Assembly: GCF_027921745.1 (NCBI RefSeq)
Contig: NC_079238.1
Span: 5,022,001-5,086,000, forward strand
DNA: 64,000 bases
From: Schizosaccharomyces osmophilus
Lineage: Eukaryota
Reading direction: 5' to 3'
Positions 33,928 through 47,108 of the stretch are shown here, piece after piece. Made by a program: the position numbers and the translations under genes. Each line of letters opens with the position of its first letter. Position 1 is the stretch's first letter. The notes under the pieces are model-generated. The model had not been told where the DNA came from, did no database searches, and saw only the letters and a program-made list of their open reading frames with translations.

Positions 33928-36017
33928 ATGGATAGACGAGGGTGGAGGCCTTCGGCACCGGTAGTTATCTTACTATTGCTGTTCATATTTTTTGCTCCGG
34001 TACGTCGTCTTCCTTCTCGAAATGGGAATTCAACAGAGAAAAGTCTCGAAGCCGAAAGGAATTGGCATTCAAAAATTCAAAATTCGACGTTTTCGGAAGC
34101 TCCTGAGCAAGTGCGACAATCTATGACACTTCCTGAACAGGTGCTGTCGGCAAGAAACGCAATTTACAAGTCTTCCGCTGGTTCAGGCGCTAGTCATTTG
34201 AACCATACGTCCGTCGTGATAGGGGACTGGAAAAAAGTCTCCTACGATTCTTTTGGTAATGTTTCTCCCAATGTAACATGGCATCGAACATTACAAAGTA
34301 TCATAAATTCCGAAAAAGGACAGTTCACAGCTAATCTTTACGAGTTTCCTGCAGCTAATTCAAATGACTTTTCGTTCATTATGAATATGGAAAATTTAAA
34401 TGGAACTTCAGTATATCAACTAGCGTTTTATGGTGATCGTTTGGAGAAGGCTCACGCATTGCTGGGGGCTACAGAAGTTTCTCCAGAATTTCCAGGTGTA
34501 GATGGTATTCCTTGGCTTTTCCAAGACTATGCGGATAAGCCTGATTTGCCTTTTGATGGCCAAGAGCATTTTGATGTTTTAAAAAATAAATCTCTTGGAA
34601 GAATTGACGAAAGAATCGGTCAAATCTCACGTGGAGGATGGTCTCCATTATTATACGAGGAGGAAAGTGTTTCCTGTCGGGCCTACTTTTACGGATTTAA
34701 CAAGAACACAGGGTTGAGTAAGGAGGCTCTTGCTGCTATAGAAAATGAATACTACCATCCCCAAGGGGTATCAACTGTGAAAATGCCCGATGTGTTGTTT
34801 TCTGGTCTTATCTATTCTCCAGATTGCAACGTTGCCTTTACAATTTCTAATTATAAAGGCCCTCGCAATTTTGTATTCGACGCCGGTTTGGTACGATTTG
34901 CTTCTGTCTATATCATTGTTATCTTTTGTCAGATATTTTTGCTATTACGACAGATGCGTATAAATTCACCTTCCTACGTTCAGCGTCTTTCGTTCATAAC
35001 CATTGCTATTCAAGCTTGTCTTGATGCTTTTATTGCTATCTTCTTTTTAAGCATAAATGCTGTTATTGAGAGAGGTTATTTACCTTTTGTTTCTGTCGCT
35101 TTTCTTTCACTCATTCCTTCAGTAATGTTTACTATGCGGTATTTGGCGTTAATATTGCGTGTTCAAAACTCGAACTCTCCTCCGCCGCCGCCGCTTCCCC
35201 GAACCCAGAATAATGAATCCGCAATTGAAGATACTAATGAAGGTGATGATAATAACACAACGAACACGGAGGATACACCGCCACAAGCAGGTTTGACTCA
35301 GTATGAACGTGACCAACGAGATTGGTCAGCTGTTTGTCTTCGATTTTATTTTGTTATACTTGTTGTCTGTATTGTGTCTTTGTATTCCGCTTTTTGGCCC
35401 GTTACTTACCGATTTTATTTCATTTCTACTCTTTTGTTTACTTGCTACTCTTTTTGGGTTCCTCAAATTATTCGAAACGTCAAGCAAGGTACGTCGCGTA
35501 GCTTTTCTTGGGTATATATTATCGGGCTCAGTTTATCCCGTATGTATTTGCCTACGTTTATTTTCCTTTATTCTGAAACCACTTTAAAGTTTACTCCTAA
35601 ATATACGTATGCCTTGGCTTTGGGTTTGTGGATGTCTCTCCAGGTTTTGGTTTTGTTTGCACAGGATACTTTAGGAGCCAGGTTTTTCCTACCAAAAAAG
35701 GTAAGTCTCTTTATTTATGGCCCTTTGCTAACTCATGCTTCTAGTTATTTCCTTCTAGCTCTACCTACGATTATCACCCACTTATTCAAGCTGGAGATTT
35801 GGAAGCGTTTATGCACGATGCAAACGTCTGTCCTATTTGCATGCAAACCATAGAACTCGTTTCTAGTGGCTCCACTTTGAACCCAGCTTCAAGGATTGTA
35901 AGGAGGAATTACATGCTTACACCATGTCATCATCTGTATCATAGGCAGTGTTTGTTGCAATGGATGGAAAGTAGAAGTATATGCCCTGTTTGCCGATGTC
36001 ATTTACCGCCTGTTTGA
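33928..36017 (+). CDS. dsc1: Golgi Dsc E3 ligase RING subunit Dsc1 (Tul1-like; SREBP cleavage). Exons 33928-35700 and 35745-36017.
   Basis: Signal anchor, lumenal domain (YSPDC), multiple TMs (SFWVPQI, QDTLGARFFLP) and a RING-H2 (CPICM..TPCHHLYHRQCL..WM..CPVCR). Confidence 0.93.
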
Positions 36018-36236
36018 ATCTGTTCTTGTTATGGATTATATAATTAAAGAACTTACTATTAAATGTTCAATTGCGTTAGTTTTATGAGAAAAAAAGAAAA
36101 CACGTAAAAATTTAGAAAAGACCTGCATTTCTGACTATAGTAACTATTAATGAATGATATTCATGATGCAATTCGATTAGATGTTCCTTATATCGTGTAA
36201 ATATATATTGGTATATGCCGAGGGTAAATGTGACAA

Positions 36237-39055
36237 CTATATGCTTTCAGAGGAAAGCCATGTTGATAGAATACGCCCTCCATCGATTCCTAAATATTGA
36301 AGCTTTTCATTAGTAAAACCAAGATTTCTCAAAAGTCGTGTACTTAAACCCCCAGAGAAATGGGAAGCAGACCTTCCCTTAGAGGACAACAGCAGGTTGA
36401 ATGCATTCAAGCGTAAGCGATCAAACCTTGCCATCGCACGAACGTAAGGTGCAACTTCAGTAATCAGTATGTCATTTGTACGATCTATACTATTCGGAGG
36501 AAAGAAAAGGGAGGAGTGTGAATCGGAAAGGGAAAAGAAAGAAAGAGCATTATATACCTCATCTGGATCAGTTCTAATAACGTTAGTAACCTTTTCAAGT
36601 TATTATAATCGTACTTGTAAGATATCTTCGAAGCTAAGACACCCAAATAAAGGGGGACTCTTTTCAAAGGTGTTGGTAAAATTGTAATTATAGGCGAGTC
36701 TTTATATTCATACAGACCAAGCAAAAAATTAAGCATGGGATACTTTAATTGAACTTCGTGTAATTCTGGTGATGCGTTGGATTTTGAAGGATCGGTAATG
36801 ATGGGGAATCCCGTCAAGTAATCAGAGTAATTCAATTTCACTCTGTCACGGGTATCTTGGTCAATGTCATGAAATGAGGCACTGTCATACAATAAATCAT
36901 ATGTTTCATATATAGAGCTCTGATTTGAGAAGCACGCATCTATTTGCGATAAAGAATCCGCGTATTCAAATGACTTGTTCAGTTGATTCAGGAAGGACTC
37001 GGAGTTATGGAAAGTTTGTGGGCGAGGGGGTTTCCTCCAATTGACTGTGTTTGGAAGCAACAGAATTCCTAAATCTCCGTTTTGTTCCTCACTGTAAGTT
37101 TGAAGGAGACTTTCTCCAGATTGTATTCTGTCATTGAAAATACCGATACCGTCATCAAATGCAGATACAGAAGCTTCTACAGTAGGTACATCTTGAGGAT
37201 TGTTATCATCGTCACTTCTTAAAGGATCCATCGTATCAGTAAGGCACCAGAAATTTAGTTGCATCAGCATGCACCGTAAGTCAGGCCCCGATTTCTGGAT
37301 CAAAGATTCAACAACACTCCTTGAAACAATAGCTCTTTCGGAAAAGAGTACAGAAGAAAGGTAATCCGCTAGTGCAGCCAAAGGTAGCTGTTGAAATTCA
37401 ACAATATGATCTTCTTGCAAAAACAATGATGGAAGGAAATCAGTTTGGTTGCAAGTCATAGCAACCGGTCTTTTGGATTTTTCAATGAGTGCAGTAACGG
37501 CTTGCCAAAAACCACGATCTTCTTGAAAAATTATATCGACTTCTTCTAAAAGGATAAGTGTATTACTTGACTCTTTTTCTTTAGATCTTCCTACGACATG
37601 ACTTTGAGTAAGCTCTCCAATTCGTTCTAAAAGCTCTCGACCAGAGCGTCGCATTCCAGGATGAATTTCTACAATCTGGAAATTCAATTCGTGACAGATG
37701 CCATAGATGGAAGCAGTTTTGCCAATCCCGTTAGGGCCAACAACTACCATCCAATTAGGACATTGTGAAACACTCAATTTTAGCTTTTTGCGAGAAGTCG
37801 AAGTAGAGTTTTCTTCGTCATCGGTAATTATATCAGGTTCAAATTCACTTTCCGACAAGGAATCGTTTGAAGATTTTTCTGAGGTTCGAGATTGAGTGGT
37901 GGAAGAACGAGAAATAGTAGCAGACTTCTCATTGATATGGGCAGGGGCCGCCGGTTTAGAGAGTTTGCATGAGCGTAACCAATCCTCAATTTTTGAAATA
38001 CAGTCCGGGGAAGCACATGAATCCGATGAATTTTTAGGCGAGTACTTTACAGTCCATAAATAGTTCTTTAAATTGTTGTTAGCACTAAGTAACTCTTTGG
38101 AACTGATGTTGGAAATAACTTTTTCCACAAAAGGAAGGGGTGTGAATCCCAGAGATTCTGAAGCAAAACAGTGTAGTTTCTCCATTGTGGTCTGAATTAT
38201 CTCCTGCTTCGGCGTTTCAATAACAGAAGAGTCAATGTCCTTTAATGCATGAGAGAAGACATCTGAGTAAGAAGGCAGAGTCAGTGAAGTAGATCTGTCG
38301 TTTGAATGTGATTTTTTTGAAAAGGGTAGTTTTATATCATCTGCATACATAGGAGGTAAAAAGTCGGTTTGAATTTCAGGACTAGGCCAAAGGGGGTCTT
38401 TGAGTTTTATCACTTTACCAGACTCGAGGTAACTTTTCAAAAACTTGGTTTCATCTTCTACATCGTCTGTTTGCTTTCGCTTTGTAGAAGTCGTAAAAAA
38501 TGGATGGTAGGTGACATTCTGTGTAGAATTTGCTGTTGATGTGTTTGTCGAAAATGAAAACGAGCGTGTAGGCTGGACTGGTTTTGCTGAGGATGGTCTA
38601 TCCAAATCCGACTCACCATTCTTAGTACTCTTCATCAAAGATTCTTCATCAACTGTAGATCCTTCACCATTAGAAAGCACCGAAGCCTCCACATTTGAGC
38701 TGGGTTGTAGTACTTCCTGAATTTTACGCCCAAGTGTCGCAGAGATATTCCATTTTACCAGAAAACAAGGTTCATCCGTCGTAGAGTCAAAAGATTCCTC
38801 TTCATAATCGAAAGCAGAATCTTTATCCAAGAAGCGTCTCATGTAATTTTGTTCTTTGTGCAGCGACTTTGCTCGACGAGGTCTACGAGCACCCAGAGAA
38901 TGCGAGCGAGTCAGTTCTTTTTCATTTGTAGATGTAGTTTGCGGCATTGTTTGACGGCGCACGACCGCATTTTTCTCCTCAGATGAGGAGACATGCTGAG
39001 CATCAGGATTCGTGTCTTCTTGTGAATTTGCAGACAAATAGCCTACAATTTGCAT
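36237..39055 (-). CDS. elg1: Elg1, large subunit of the RFC-like PCNA unloader. Exons 39055-36615 and 36573-36237.
   Basis: [28 protein letters not shown] and [10 protein letters not shown]; a 41-nt intron GTACGA..CTAAC..TTAG restores the frame into the [10 protein letters not shown]-terminus. Confidence 0.9.
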
Positions 39056-40371
39056 AAGGATATAAATATTACCGCATAAGTACTATTGAAACAGTTGCGA
39101 AAATATCCTTAGCGATGGAACTATGTGAGTTTCAGAGGAATCCCCAAAAGTGGAAGAAGGTATCTGTTCCAACACGAACACAGTATACGGAAAATGGACG
39201 ATAAACAAAGTACAATATAACTAAAAATAATTTTGAGTATTTTTCTAAATTCAATTCTAAAGGTTTTTTTGGGATTTGATCAGAAGTCTCCAGCAGCGTT
39301 TCTTTTATAACAAGAAACCCCCGGTTTGGTCACAGTTTATTCATATTCATCCTAAACTCTGTTTAAAAAAGGAAAAGAAAGAGTCCTACCAATTTATGAA
39401 TGTCCTTTGTTATGCATGTTACACCTATATTCCTGAAAGCCCTATTAGCTAAAATGGTCCTTTAGAAGCCGATGCAAAACAGATTGCTTTGAGTTACGAT
39501 TATAACTTTTCACAATTCTTTTATAGTTGCTTTGCATACGCCAGTTACCAGCTATTATGCCTAACGAAGGTTGTTTTTATGACTTAAGTGTAGACAGAAC
39601 TGGTTGTCGAGAGCATTTTCATAGTTCAAGTAGTATCAATTCTTTCAGTGTACTGAATCAACATGACCGTTACTATTAACTGTCCGAAAGAGAGCTTTGA
39701 GACACAAATTTGGATGACTTTGGAATATCTTGCGAAGTCGTAACTTCAGCCAGAAAACTATGATGAAGTTTGGAACATGATTCTGCAAAACTAAAAAAGA
39801 GATTACATAAAAAGAAGCAGCTAGGCGATGAGGATAGAATGTTTACATGTCATGCCTTCAAAGGATAGAGTTACCATTCAGTGGCTAGTTGTTATACTTG
39901 TGGTATATATTGGGTATATGTATCTGCAATTTCCGATCTACTCAACTCATGGGCTTTGTCAAAGATATAAACGACCATTCGTCAAAATCCCCGTTGGCAG
40001 TGAATGGAAACACGAAGGAACACTTTGTTAAAAAGTGAATGGGAAGAGAAATTGGCTTTAACTCTATGAAATATTCTTCTCACTTTCCCTATATGTTTGT
40101 ATTGACGGACAAAAGAATTCAAAATTCACGCACAACTAAAAAAATTTCGTTCAAGGATAGTTTTGCCAAACCAAAATATATATCAAACCTTTTCTGTCTC
40201 TTCTGCGTCTCTCTAGCTTTTTTGGTAAACCCTCAAAATATCGATATCATCCTGTTTTTGCATTTGTTTACAAAATAGTGATTCTGTTCAAGCTCACTAT
40301 ACGTAGGAGGAAAAGTGCTAAATGTAAACTTACCAAAGAATAAAACCAAGCAAAGGATTAAATAAATAGAC

Positions 40372-41799
40372 ATGGAAGAATATATTCCATTTGACGAAAT
40401 CGTGCTACAGTATGATCCAAATAATGCAGGAAAAGTAAGGACAATGTGACTTATAACTAGGTTCTTACATGTGTAGGTTTCAATTCGTAGTTTTTTAGAA
40501 ATCGTTGATGATATCGAGGCTTTACGCCAGCCTTCCTCCTATCCTTTGTTAGATGCTGAGCAAAGGCAGTCTGCAGAAGATTTTATTAAAGACAATGAAG
40601 GAATCGTGGTTTCGACGATCGAAATAAAAAACTTGTTTTATGAGTTAACAAGCCAAGATCCAGATCGAATCCCTATTAGCAAAACTATTATTAGAAACAG
40701 AGCAAGGAGTCGGTCCCATACTAGCTCAAACCCGTACTCCAAAATTTCAGAGAGGAGACGATTCAAGGATAATGACTTGAGCTTTCAGACACCACAAAAG
40801 GCAGTGCCAATGAGCCAATCAACCCCTTTCGCAGAGATTACAAACGCAAAGGATATTAAAAATAATATCTATGGGACAAGACGACGAAATGGAAATCAGG
40901 ATGAGACGCTAGCTCAACTATACGAGCGTGTTCAGTCACAATCTGATCAATTGCGGGCTAAGGAAATTGAAAAGCAAGATTTAAAAGAACAAAATCAAAA
41001 GTTATCTGAAGAGTTAACGGCATCAGAGGAAGCATGTAAATCATGCTACACGCAAGCGAAAACCTGGGAAAAAAAGTTTCGTGAAACCCTCAAAGAGTCT
41101 AAAGAATTTTCGCAGCAGTTGGAGAGCATACATCAAGAATATGAAGTACAAACAGCCCACATCACTAGACTCGAACAAATCATTGAGGCAGTTGAGAATG
41201 AACGAATGACAGTATGTTTACATTCTATATCAAAGATTATACCCTAGTACTAACTTTATCAGGAATCTGACCATTTGCAAAAGACCTTGGACTCCAAAGC
41301 GAATATCGCTTTATTAGAAAGGAACCAACAGCTTGAATATCAACTGAAGATACTAAGAGAAGAATATAGTCAACTAAAATCTCGAAAAACTTCCTCTAAT
41401 TTTTCTTTGTCGTCCCCACTTACGGTGAGTCCTATCTGTTATCCATTCCATTTACCCTCTTTACCTGTGTCTCAAAAAATGCAGGCCGATCCACAGCTCA
41501 CAGCGAGCCTTTCCCTCTTGGCTTCTGAACTGGAGAGTCAAAAACAGTTACTACAAAGGTTCAATAGAATTAAGGAAACCCCTTATCAGGTTTCTGAAGT
41601 ATGGAGTAATATGCGACAGCGGTTAACGAAAAATGTTATTAATTATCGGTTTCTACGACTCGCACTTGGATCTTTATTTATGTTTTTGTTTTTTCATCTT
41701 GTATATTTTTTCTTCTTTCGAGTCGGTACCATTCAGCAATGGCCTTTTGTGTATTGGCTTCCTTCGTTCGCTCCTGAAACTCAATGGTCTCCCACCTAA
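40372..41799 (+). CDS. kms2: KASH-domain spindle pole body protein Kms2. Exons 40372-40434, 40477-41211, 41263-41799.
   Basis: N-terminal EF-hand-like YDPNNAGKVSIRSF, long coiled coil, C-terminal TM and short lumenal tail ending WSPT; synteny. Confidence 0.8.
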
Positions 41800-42452
41800 A
41801 AGTCGCTCTTTAATGTATATTTATAATTTCTTGTTTATCTCTTCCTCTTTTTATTTAATTCCGGCAAGCCTATTCTGTCAAACGCAGCGAAGTCTCTCTT
41901 TTTATGAAGGTCAAGTTCATTCGTGGCTTTTGGTTTTTGTATAGTAGTCACGTTTCACTTCAACCTTGGTACACTATTTTAAAAGTTTTTGGTATATAGT
42001 ATATCTTTCGATAATTCGATAGGTGTCTTATAGGGTTATTTAGACTAAGAATATTTAAAATCCATTTTTAATTGAAAGTTATTCCCTCCTTACTGTTACT
42101 CTTGAAAGAAGATTATTCCTATTATGTTTAAATAAAGACGGGAGATATCAATTCAATAGTGAATGAAGCAAAAAAGAAATCAAGTTATGGTTTGTTTACC
42201 TAGGCAATTCGTTAAAGCTCACAAATCGGGTATATTTTTGCACCTCAGTATTTCAAGTACCTAACCTGTATAATATGCATGTAAACAGAACCAACTTATG
42301 TAGTTTTGATGTGTAATACAAAACCGTTTTGCTGTTGTTGAAAGTTGTGTTATCATTACTTATTCATCACTGAACCTGTTCAAGTATTACTTTTCACTAC
42401 GTTGGTTTGGATAATTTTGGGAAATTGAAAAGATCCATCGCTAATTAGAATC

Positions 42453-43817
42453 ATGGCTGAGAAAAGTGGATTGTTTTCGCATGTGATTGGAGATGTTGTA
42501 GAACGACCAAAGACATCAGGGTCTGCTGAATTGAAGACGAAGCAGGGTCATCCTGGGGGTTTCCCTAGTATACCAAAAGTATTGCCTAAACGCCATTCGA
42601 ACCCTATGAGTTCTTTTAAAGAGCGACAGTTGCGAAATAAAAAAGCAACAACAATAGACGAACAAAAAGGAAGTTCTGATTCCCTAGGGATTAATGATGA
42701 AAACAGTGTTCGACTGGATCGTATGGACGAAGCTGAAATTTTAGAAGCACAGAGTGAAATTCGATCTACAATCCGCGACGATTTGTTAGAAATGTTGAAA
42801 AGCAGGCATTCAAAGAAGAAGAAAAAGGAGGAGGAACAACAGCAAGGAGCTTCTCCACAACCTAGCCCTTCTTACCTTATGGGCCAAAGTACAGCTACTT
42901 ATGAGCCATCTCGTTTCCGATCAAGAAACATGGATCAGTCAAATTCCAATTTACACAGTGTACTTTCATCTGATGTCATTGAAAGCTCTTCTTCAAGCAA
43001 TGATTCCCCGTCCAAGGACAAGAAAGTTGAAAAGTCAAAGACAGGAAAAAAGGTCACCTTTATGGATCCTTCAGCAAAAAACGGACAAAACCAATCTGGA
43101 ATGCTTCCGGAAGAGAAGAGTCAGTTGGACATCGAGAAAAAGGGCGGTGTTACAAACTCGAAATTAGGCGAGGAGAAGCCTGGTTTAGAACCTTCAATGG
43201 ATGAAACGGGAGATTCTAGGGATGTTCCTTTAGGACCAGAGCTGAACGTTCATATGCCAGAAAAACGAGTTGATTTAAATCCGGACGCCCCTGACTTTTA
43301 TGAGCAACTACATGAAAAATATTTTCCCAACCTACCTGTAGATGAAAAACAAATGCAGTGGTTAAAAGACCCGAATGAAGAGGAAAACACATATACTCCT
43401 GAGGCAGAGGGTGTCCATGCGCATCAAATCCGGTTTGGTTTTCGCGGTGAAATCATCCCTCCTGGTAAAAGTCATAAAATCCCAGTCAGCGAAGGTCTCC
43501 ATCATCACGGAGATGCTCCATCAAGTGCCGGGTATACACTGGTGGAATTGGCTCATTTATTACGATCACAATTTCCGACGCAGCGCTCCATGGCGATTCA
43601 AACTGTAGGCCGTATCTTGTATCGACTGAATTCAGAAGAATTCGGCGATATAATTACGCCGGAACTACATACGTTGGTGGAAGACACAAATATTCTTGAT
43701 CTATTAATAGCAGCATCTGGGGAGAACGTTCGCCATATGACGGTTCGCTCGTTGGCCATTGAAGCATTATGGTTAACTTCGCAGAGCCAGCATGGATCAA
43801 CTAGGCAAGCCGTATAA
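42453..43817 (+). CDS. rba50: RNA polymerase II assembly factor Rba50/RPAP1
   Basis: IGDVVER, LHEKYFP, RFGFRGE and GLHHHGDAPSSAGYTLVELAHLLRS..QR. Confidence 0.9.
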   Translation: MAEKSGLFSHVIGDVVERPKTSGSAELKTKQGHPGGFPSIPKVLPKRHSNPMSSFKERQLRNKKATTIDEQKGSSDSLGINDENSVRLDRMDEAEILEAQSEIRSTIRDDLLEMLKSRHSKKKKKEEEQQQGASPQPSPSYLMGQSTATYEPSRFRSRNMDQSNSNLHSVLSSDVIESSSSSNDSPSKDKKVEKSKTGKKVTFMDPSAKNGQNQSGMLPEEKSQLDIEKKGGVTNSKLGEEKPGLEPSMDETGDSRDVPLGPELNVHMPEKRVDLNPDAPDFYEQLHEKYFPNLPVDEKQMQWLKDPNEEENTYTPEAEGVHAHQIRFGFRGEIIPPGKSHKIPVSEGLHHHGDAPSSAGYTLVELAHLLRSQFPTQRSMAIQTVGRILYRLNSEEFGDIITPELHTLVEDTNILDLLIAASGENVRHMTVRSLAIEALWLTSQSQHGSTRQAV

Positions 43818-44169
43818 TTTTAGAGAACTTTGATCCTTCACAAGGAGGAGTGTGGAGTTTACGAGATGTTTCGTGTTTTGATAGCTTTCCTGTTTACGTT
43901 TCAGATAATGATTTTTAGGAGGACCATGGAATTTTAGGTTGTAATATTTAATTGATTCAGTTTCTGTTAGTTTTATCAGGACGAAGTTGTTGAACTAAAA
44001 CCATGTCCTATATGCAAAAAAAGCATCTTGTGTGAGCATACAATTATGCTACCATGAAAACAAGGTTAAATTTTTAAATTCTTATATATCCTAAACCATC
44101 AAAGGAACAAGAGAAAGAAAGGGGAGAGGCAGAGGGGTTATCAAATCTCGTAAACAGATGGCAATCTAC

Positions 44170-44542
44170 TTAGTTGCTCTGAAACAATCGTTTAAACCAA
44201 GGGACTTTTACTTCTTTACGGCGGACCTGCTTGAGGTCTTCATAATAGTTGGGGTTGAATTGAGGCTTCAAGACATTCTTTTGGGGCGTAAACTACAATT
44301 CCGTGTTAGTTGCTTCTCGTCCATCAAATCACTTCTTATAAAACTTCCGTGTGCTATACCTCATTCCAATATGTGTTTTCCAATAACTTGTCAGCTGCAT
44401 TTAATTGTAGTTTTCTATCTTCCGGGGAAAGCTTTTCGAGTTTGCTGCGAAATGTCGTATCCAACGCTTTAGGAAACGAAAGCCATGGACGCAACTCGTC
44501 TTTTGGCCAAAGGGAGATGATACGTGTTAAATGATTGCTCAT
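44170..44542 (-). CDS. cbp6: Mitochondrial complex III assembly factor Cbp6. Exons 44542-44360 and 44292-44170.
   Basis: WPKDELRP motif; LLENTYWNE|FTP..LKPQFNPNYYEDL; 67-nt intron GTATAG..CTAAC..TAG. Confidence 0.85.
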
Positions 44543-45038
44543 TCTTGCAAATTGGATTCTTTATGGGAATGGCTTTTCAATCCAACTTCTTTTGCTCGTA
44601 CATGTGAAACTTGGTGTTGAACCAATCGTCCTTCATTGATTTAGGTATTTCTTTGATGGAGCACCTTAATCATATTAACGAGCCTTTCCAACATTATTAA
44701 ATCTCACTAACAAACAAACAAAAAAAAAATCTTGAGCATGGACATTCCTAGGGAAAGAAGTTCATCAGTGTCCTTGGATGGTGTAAGCTTTGCTAAATTT
44801 TTTACCAAAAGGAAGGATGCTTATCTTCAGTTTCCAATTGCCAGGCCTCTTTTCCAACTTTACGGCTCTGCCCTTCAAAACAGCGAAGCTATCAATGGCA
44901 GCCAAAGCCATTTGCTTCGTTTTCAAATCCCAGTCGAAATGCTTATACTACCGATGCAAGTTTCAGAATCTTTTTCTTTTTTTCTTTTTTGCAGTGATGT
45001 TGAAATATATAATCTAAAAAGTCTTGCTATTTCAACAA

Positions 45039-45137
45039 GCGGCGATGCCCGAGTGGTCTAAGGGGGCAGATTTAAGAGGCTTTACGCCTTGAACCCTGCT
45101 GTTGTAAAACGCGTGAGTTCGAACCTCACTCGCCGCA
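45039..45137 (+). tRNA. tRNA-Leu(TAA) with a ~17-nt intron (45077-45093)
   Basis: GCGGCGA..GCCCGAGTGGTCTAAGGGG GCAGA TT TAA G [intron] C CCTGC, long variable arm, GTGAG TTCGAAC CTCAC TCGCCGC A, then a T-run. Confidence 0.92.
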
Positions 45138-45440
45138 TTATTTCTTTTTCGTTTTTGCTCCATTCAAATATGAACTCGTTCAACTGCCTTATTCCAAATC
45201 CTTGTACTGTAAGAGTATATAAGGGCATTCACTATTAGAAGTGTCTTATGGTTATGGTTTCGTTTTCTACTTGGCAGAGCTGCTTACAGACACAGATTCT
45301 TGGGTAGGGTTTAAATGTGCAACTTTTAGTTATGAAAATCGATTGCTATGAATGGAAAAGAGCGCGACTGGTCTATTCCTATAAGATCCTATTGAAAAAA
45401 GGAGGGGGTGGTGTAAATGTTCATCATCTTTGGGTATGTC

Positions 45441-47108
45441 TTAAACCTTTGCATCAAAACGTCCAAAGAGTCTTGCTTTGAGCCAGTCGAAAAGAACCAA
45501 AAATTGAGAGCGACCAGAAACCAATTGGTTCAAATAAGCAAGTCTCCAGAAGGTATTTCCCCAATTGCCGTGCAAAGGAAGAATCTTGTTGAAATAAGGA
45601 ACCTTCAAATCAGCAATAGCCTTGTCGTGTCCAACATAAGCCATGGCACCTTGGTGGTTGTATTGGAAAGCCTGCAATTGAGTGTTGGCGAGCTCTTTCT
45701 TCAAAACAGAAAATTCTTGGTCAGTCTTCTTTTCACCAAGTTGCTTCTCCATGACTTCAATTCTGTGCTTCAAAGCATTGGCCTTTCCGGACTTGTTGAG
45801 ATTAGCAGCTAACCAATCACCTTGCTGGTGAGCGACTTGAGCAGTGGCAGGCAATCCAGAGAAAGCACAGTCACCAATGGCATAGGTATCAGGCATACCC
45901 TTTACACGGAAGAATTCATCAATCATCAAACCTCTACGAGCACCACTTTGCTCTGGAATAGTAGACATCAATTGACGAGTCAAGTCACGGGCAGTAATAC
46001 CAGCAGCCCAGACCAAAAGTCCGTAAGGAATGTTCTCAATTGTCTTGGAGCCATCGGCATTGGTCTTTTGGATAACCAATTCCTTCTCATTCACATCTTT
46101 CACAAGGGCTTGAGTCATGATGTTGATGCGGATATCCTTGAAAAGACCTTCAGTGTACTGAACTAATTGCTTGGTAAACATGGGCAAAACCTTGGGAGCA
46201 GCTTCAATAAGTGTGATACGGACTTCCTTGTAAAGTTCAGGGAACATGGTACGGATATCACTGTCAATGTAGTCACGCATTTCAGCAGCGAATTCCATAC
46301 CAGTGGGGCCACCACCAACGACAGTAAAGTGCAAAAGACGAGAACGGTCTTCAGGAGTCAAAGTCTTGTTGAAACGTACTTGCTCCAGAGTGTTGGAAAC
46401 CTTAGTAAATACCTTCTTGGCATCTTCAGCTTCCTTTAAGAAGCAGCCATGTTGCTTCACACCTTGAAGTCCAAAGAATTGGTTTGTAGCACCGACGGCA
46501 ACTACCAAATCATCATAAGGCAATTCAGTCTCAACATCCTTGTTGGCGGGAGTAGTACCGCGGATAACAAGTTTCTTGCCCTTGGAATCTATGGAGGAAC
46601 ATTCGGCTTGATGGATAGCGGTGGGAGGGAGTTTGTCCTGCAAGAGGGATACTAAAGGTTCGGTAATACTAGTCAAACGCAAAGTTCCGACCGTACAAGA
46701 GGGAAGCATGGGGGTAAAAAGAAAGTGGTCGCGAGGACTAACGACAATTACATTGTACAAAGAGGTATCTATGTTCTTTAAGATGGAAATTGCACCCCAA
46801 CCGGATCCCAAAACGACAAGGGTCCGTTTTGGAGAGCCTACAGCAGCGACGGTATTGGAAGAAGCGACGACGCCACGAAGGGATTGTAAAACAGCCACAC
46901 CTGTTAATAAAGAAAGACTAGAGGCCACTTCCATGACTTCGCATAAGCGGGATCCCAAACTGGATCTCTGCATGGGTGCTTTTTCATTGGCGCGAATAGC
47001 AGTCGAAGACTGGAATGAGCGACGGAGCAAGATGGCATTCTTCTGCCATCCGGAAGCTCTTGCTAGCTTCAGCGCGCTTTGAGGTCGTAATCTTAATGAA
47101 GAAGCCAT
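45441..47108 (-). CDS. nde1: External mitochondrial NADH dehydrogenase (NDH-2)
   Basis: VVLGSGWGA, FLFTPMLPS, VVGGGPTGMEFAAE and AIGDCA..PATAQVAHQQG; the likely ATG at 47108 begins an Arg-rich presequence. Confidence 0.92.
   Translation of the reverse strand: MASSLRLRPQSALKLARASGWQKNAILLRRSFQSSTAIRANEKAPMQRSSLGSRLCEVMEVASSLSLLTGVAVLQSLRGVVASSNTVAAVGSPKRTLVVLGSGWGAISILKNIDTSLYNVIVVSPRDHFLFTPMLPSCTVGTLRLTSITEPLVSLLQDKLPPTAIHQAECSSIDSKGKKLVIRGTTPANKDVETELPYDDLVVAVGATNQFFGLQGVKQHGCFLKEAEDAKKVFTKVSNTLEQVRFNKTLTPEDRSRLLHFTVVGGGPTGMEFAAEMRDYIDSDIRTMFPELYKEVRITLIEAAPKVLPMFTKQLVQYTEGLFKDIRINIMTQALVKDVNEKELVIQKTNADGSKTIENIPYGLLVWAAGITARDLTRQLMSTIPEQSGARRGLMIDEFFRVKGMPDTYAIGDCAFSGLPATAQVAHQQGDWLAANLNKSGKANALKHRIEVMEKQLGEKKTDQEFSVLKKELANTQLQAFQYNHQGAMAYVGHDKAIADLKVPYFNKILPLHGNWGNTFWRLAYLNQLVSGRSQFLVLFDWLKARLFGRFDAKV

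Noticed and set aside
36490..36557. Alternative elg1 intron (GTATAT..AATAG)
   Set aside because: It restores the frame but lacks a consensus branch site; the 36574-36614 intron has GTACGA, CTAAC and TAG and leaves this segment coding
39760..39800. ATGATGA as a possible C box of a C/D snoRNA in the elg1-kms2 gap
   Set aside because: No suitably placed CTGA D box or terminal stem seen
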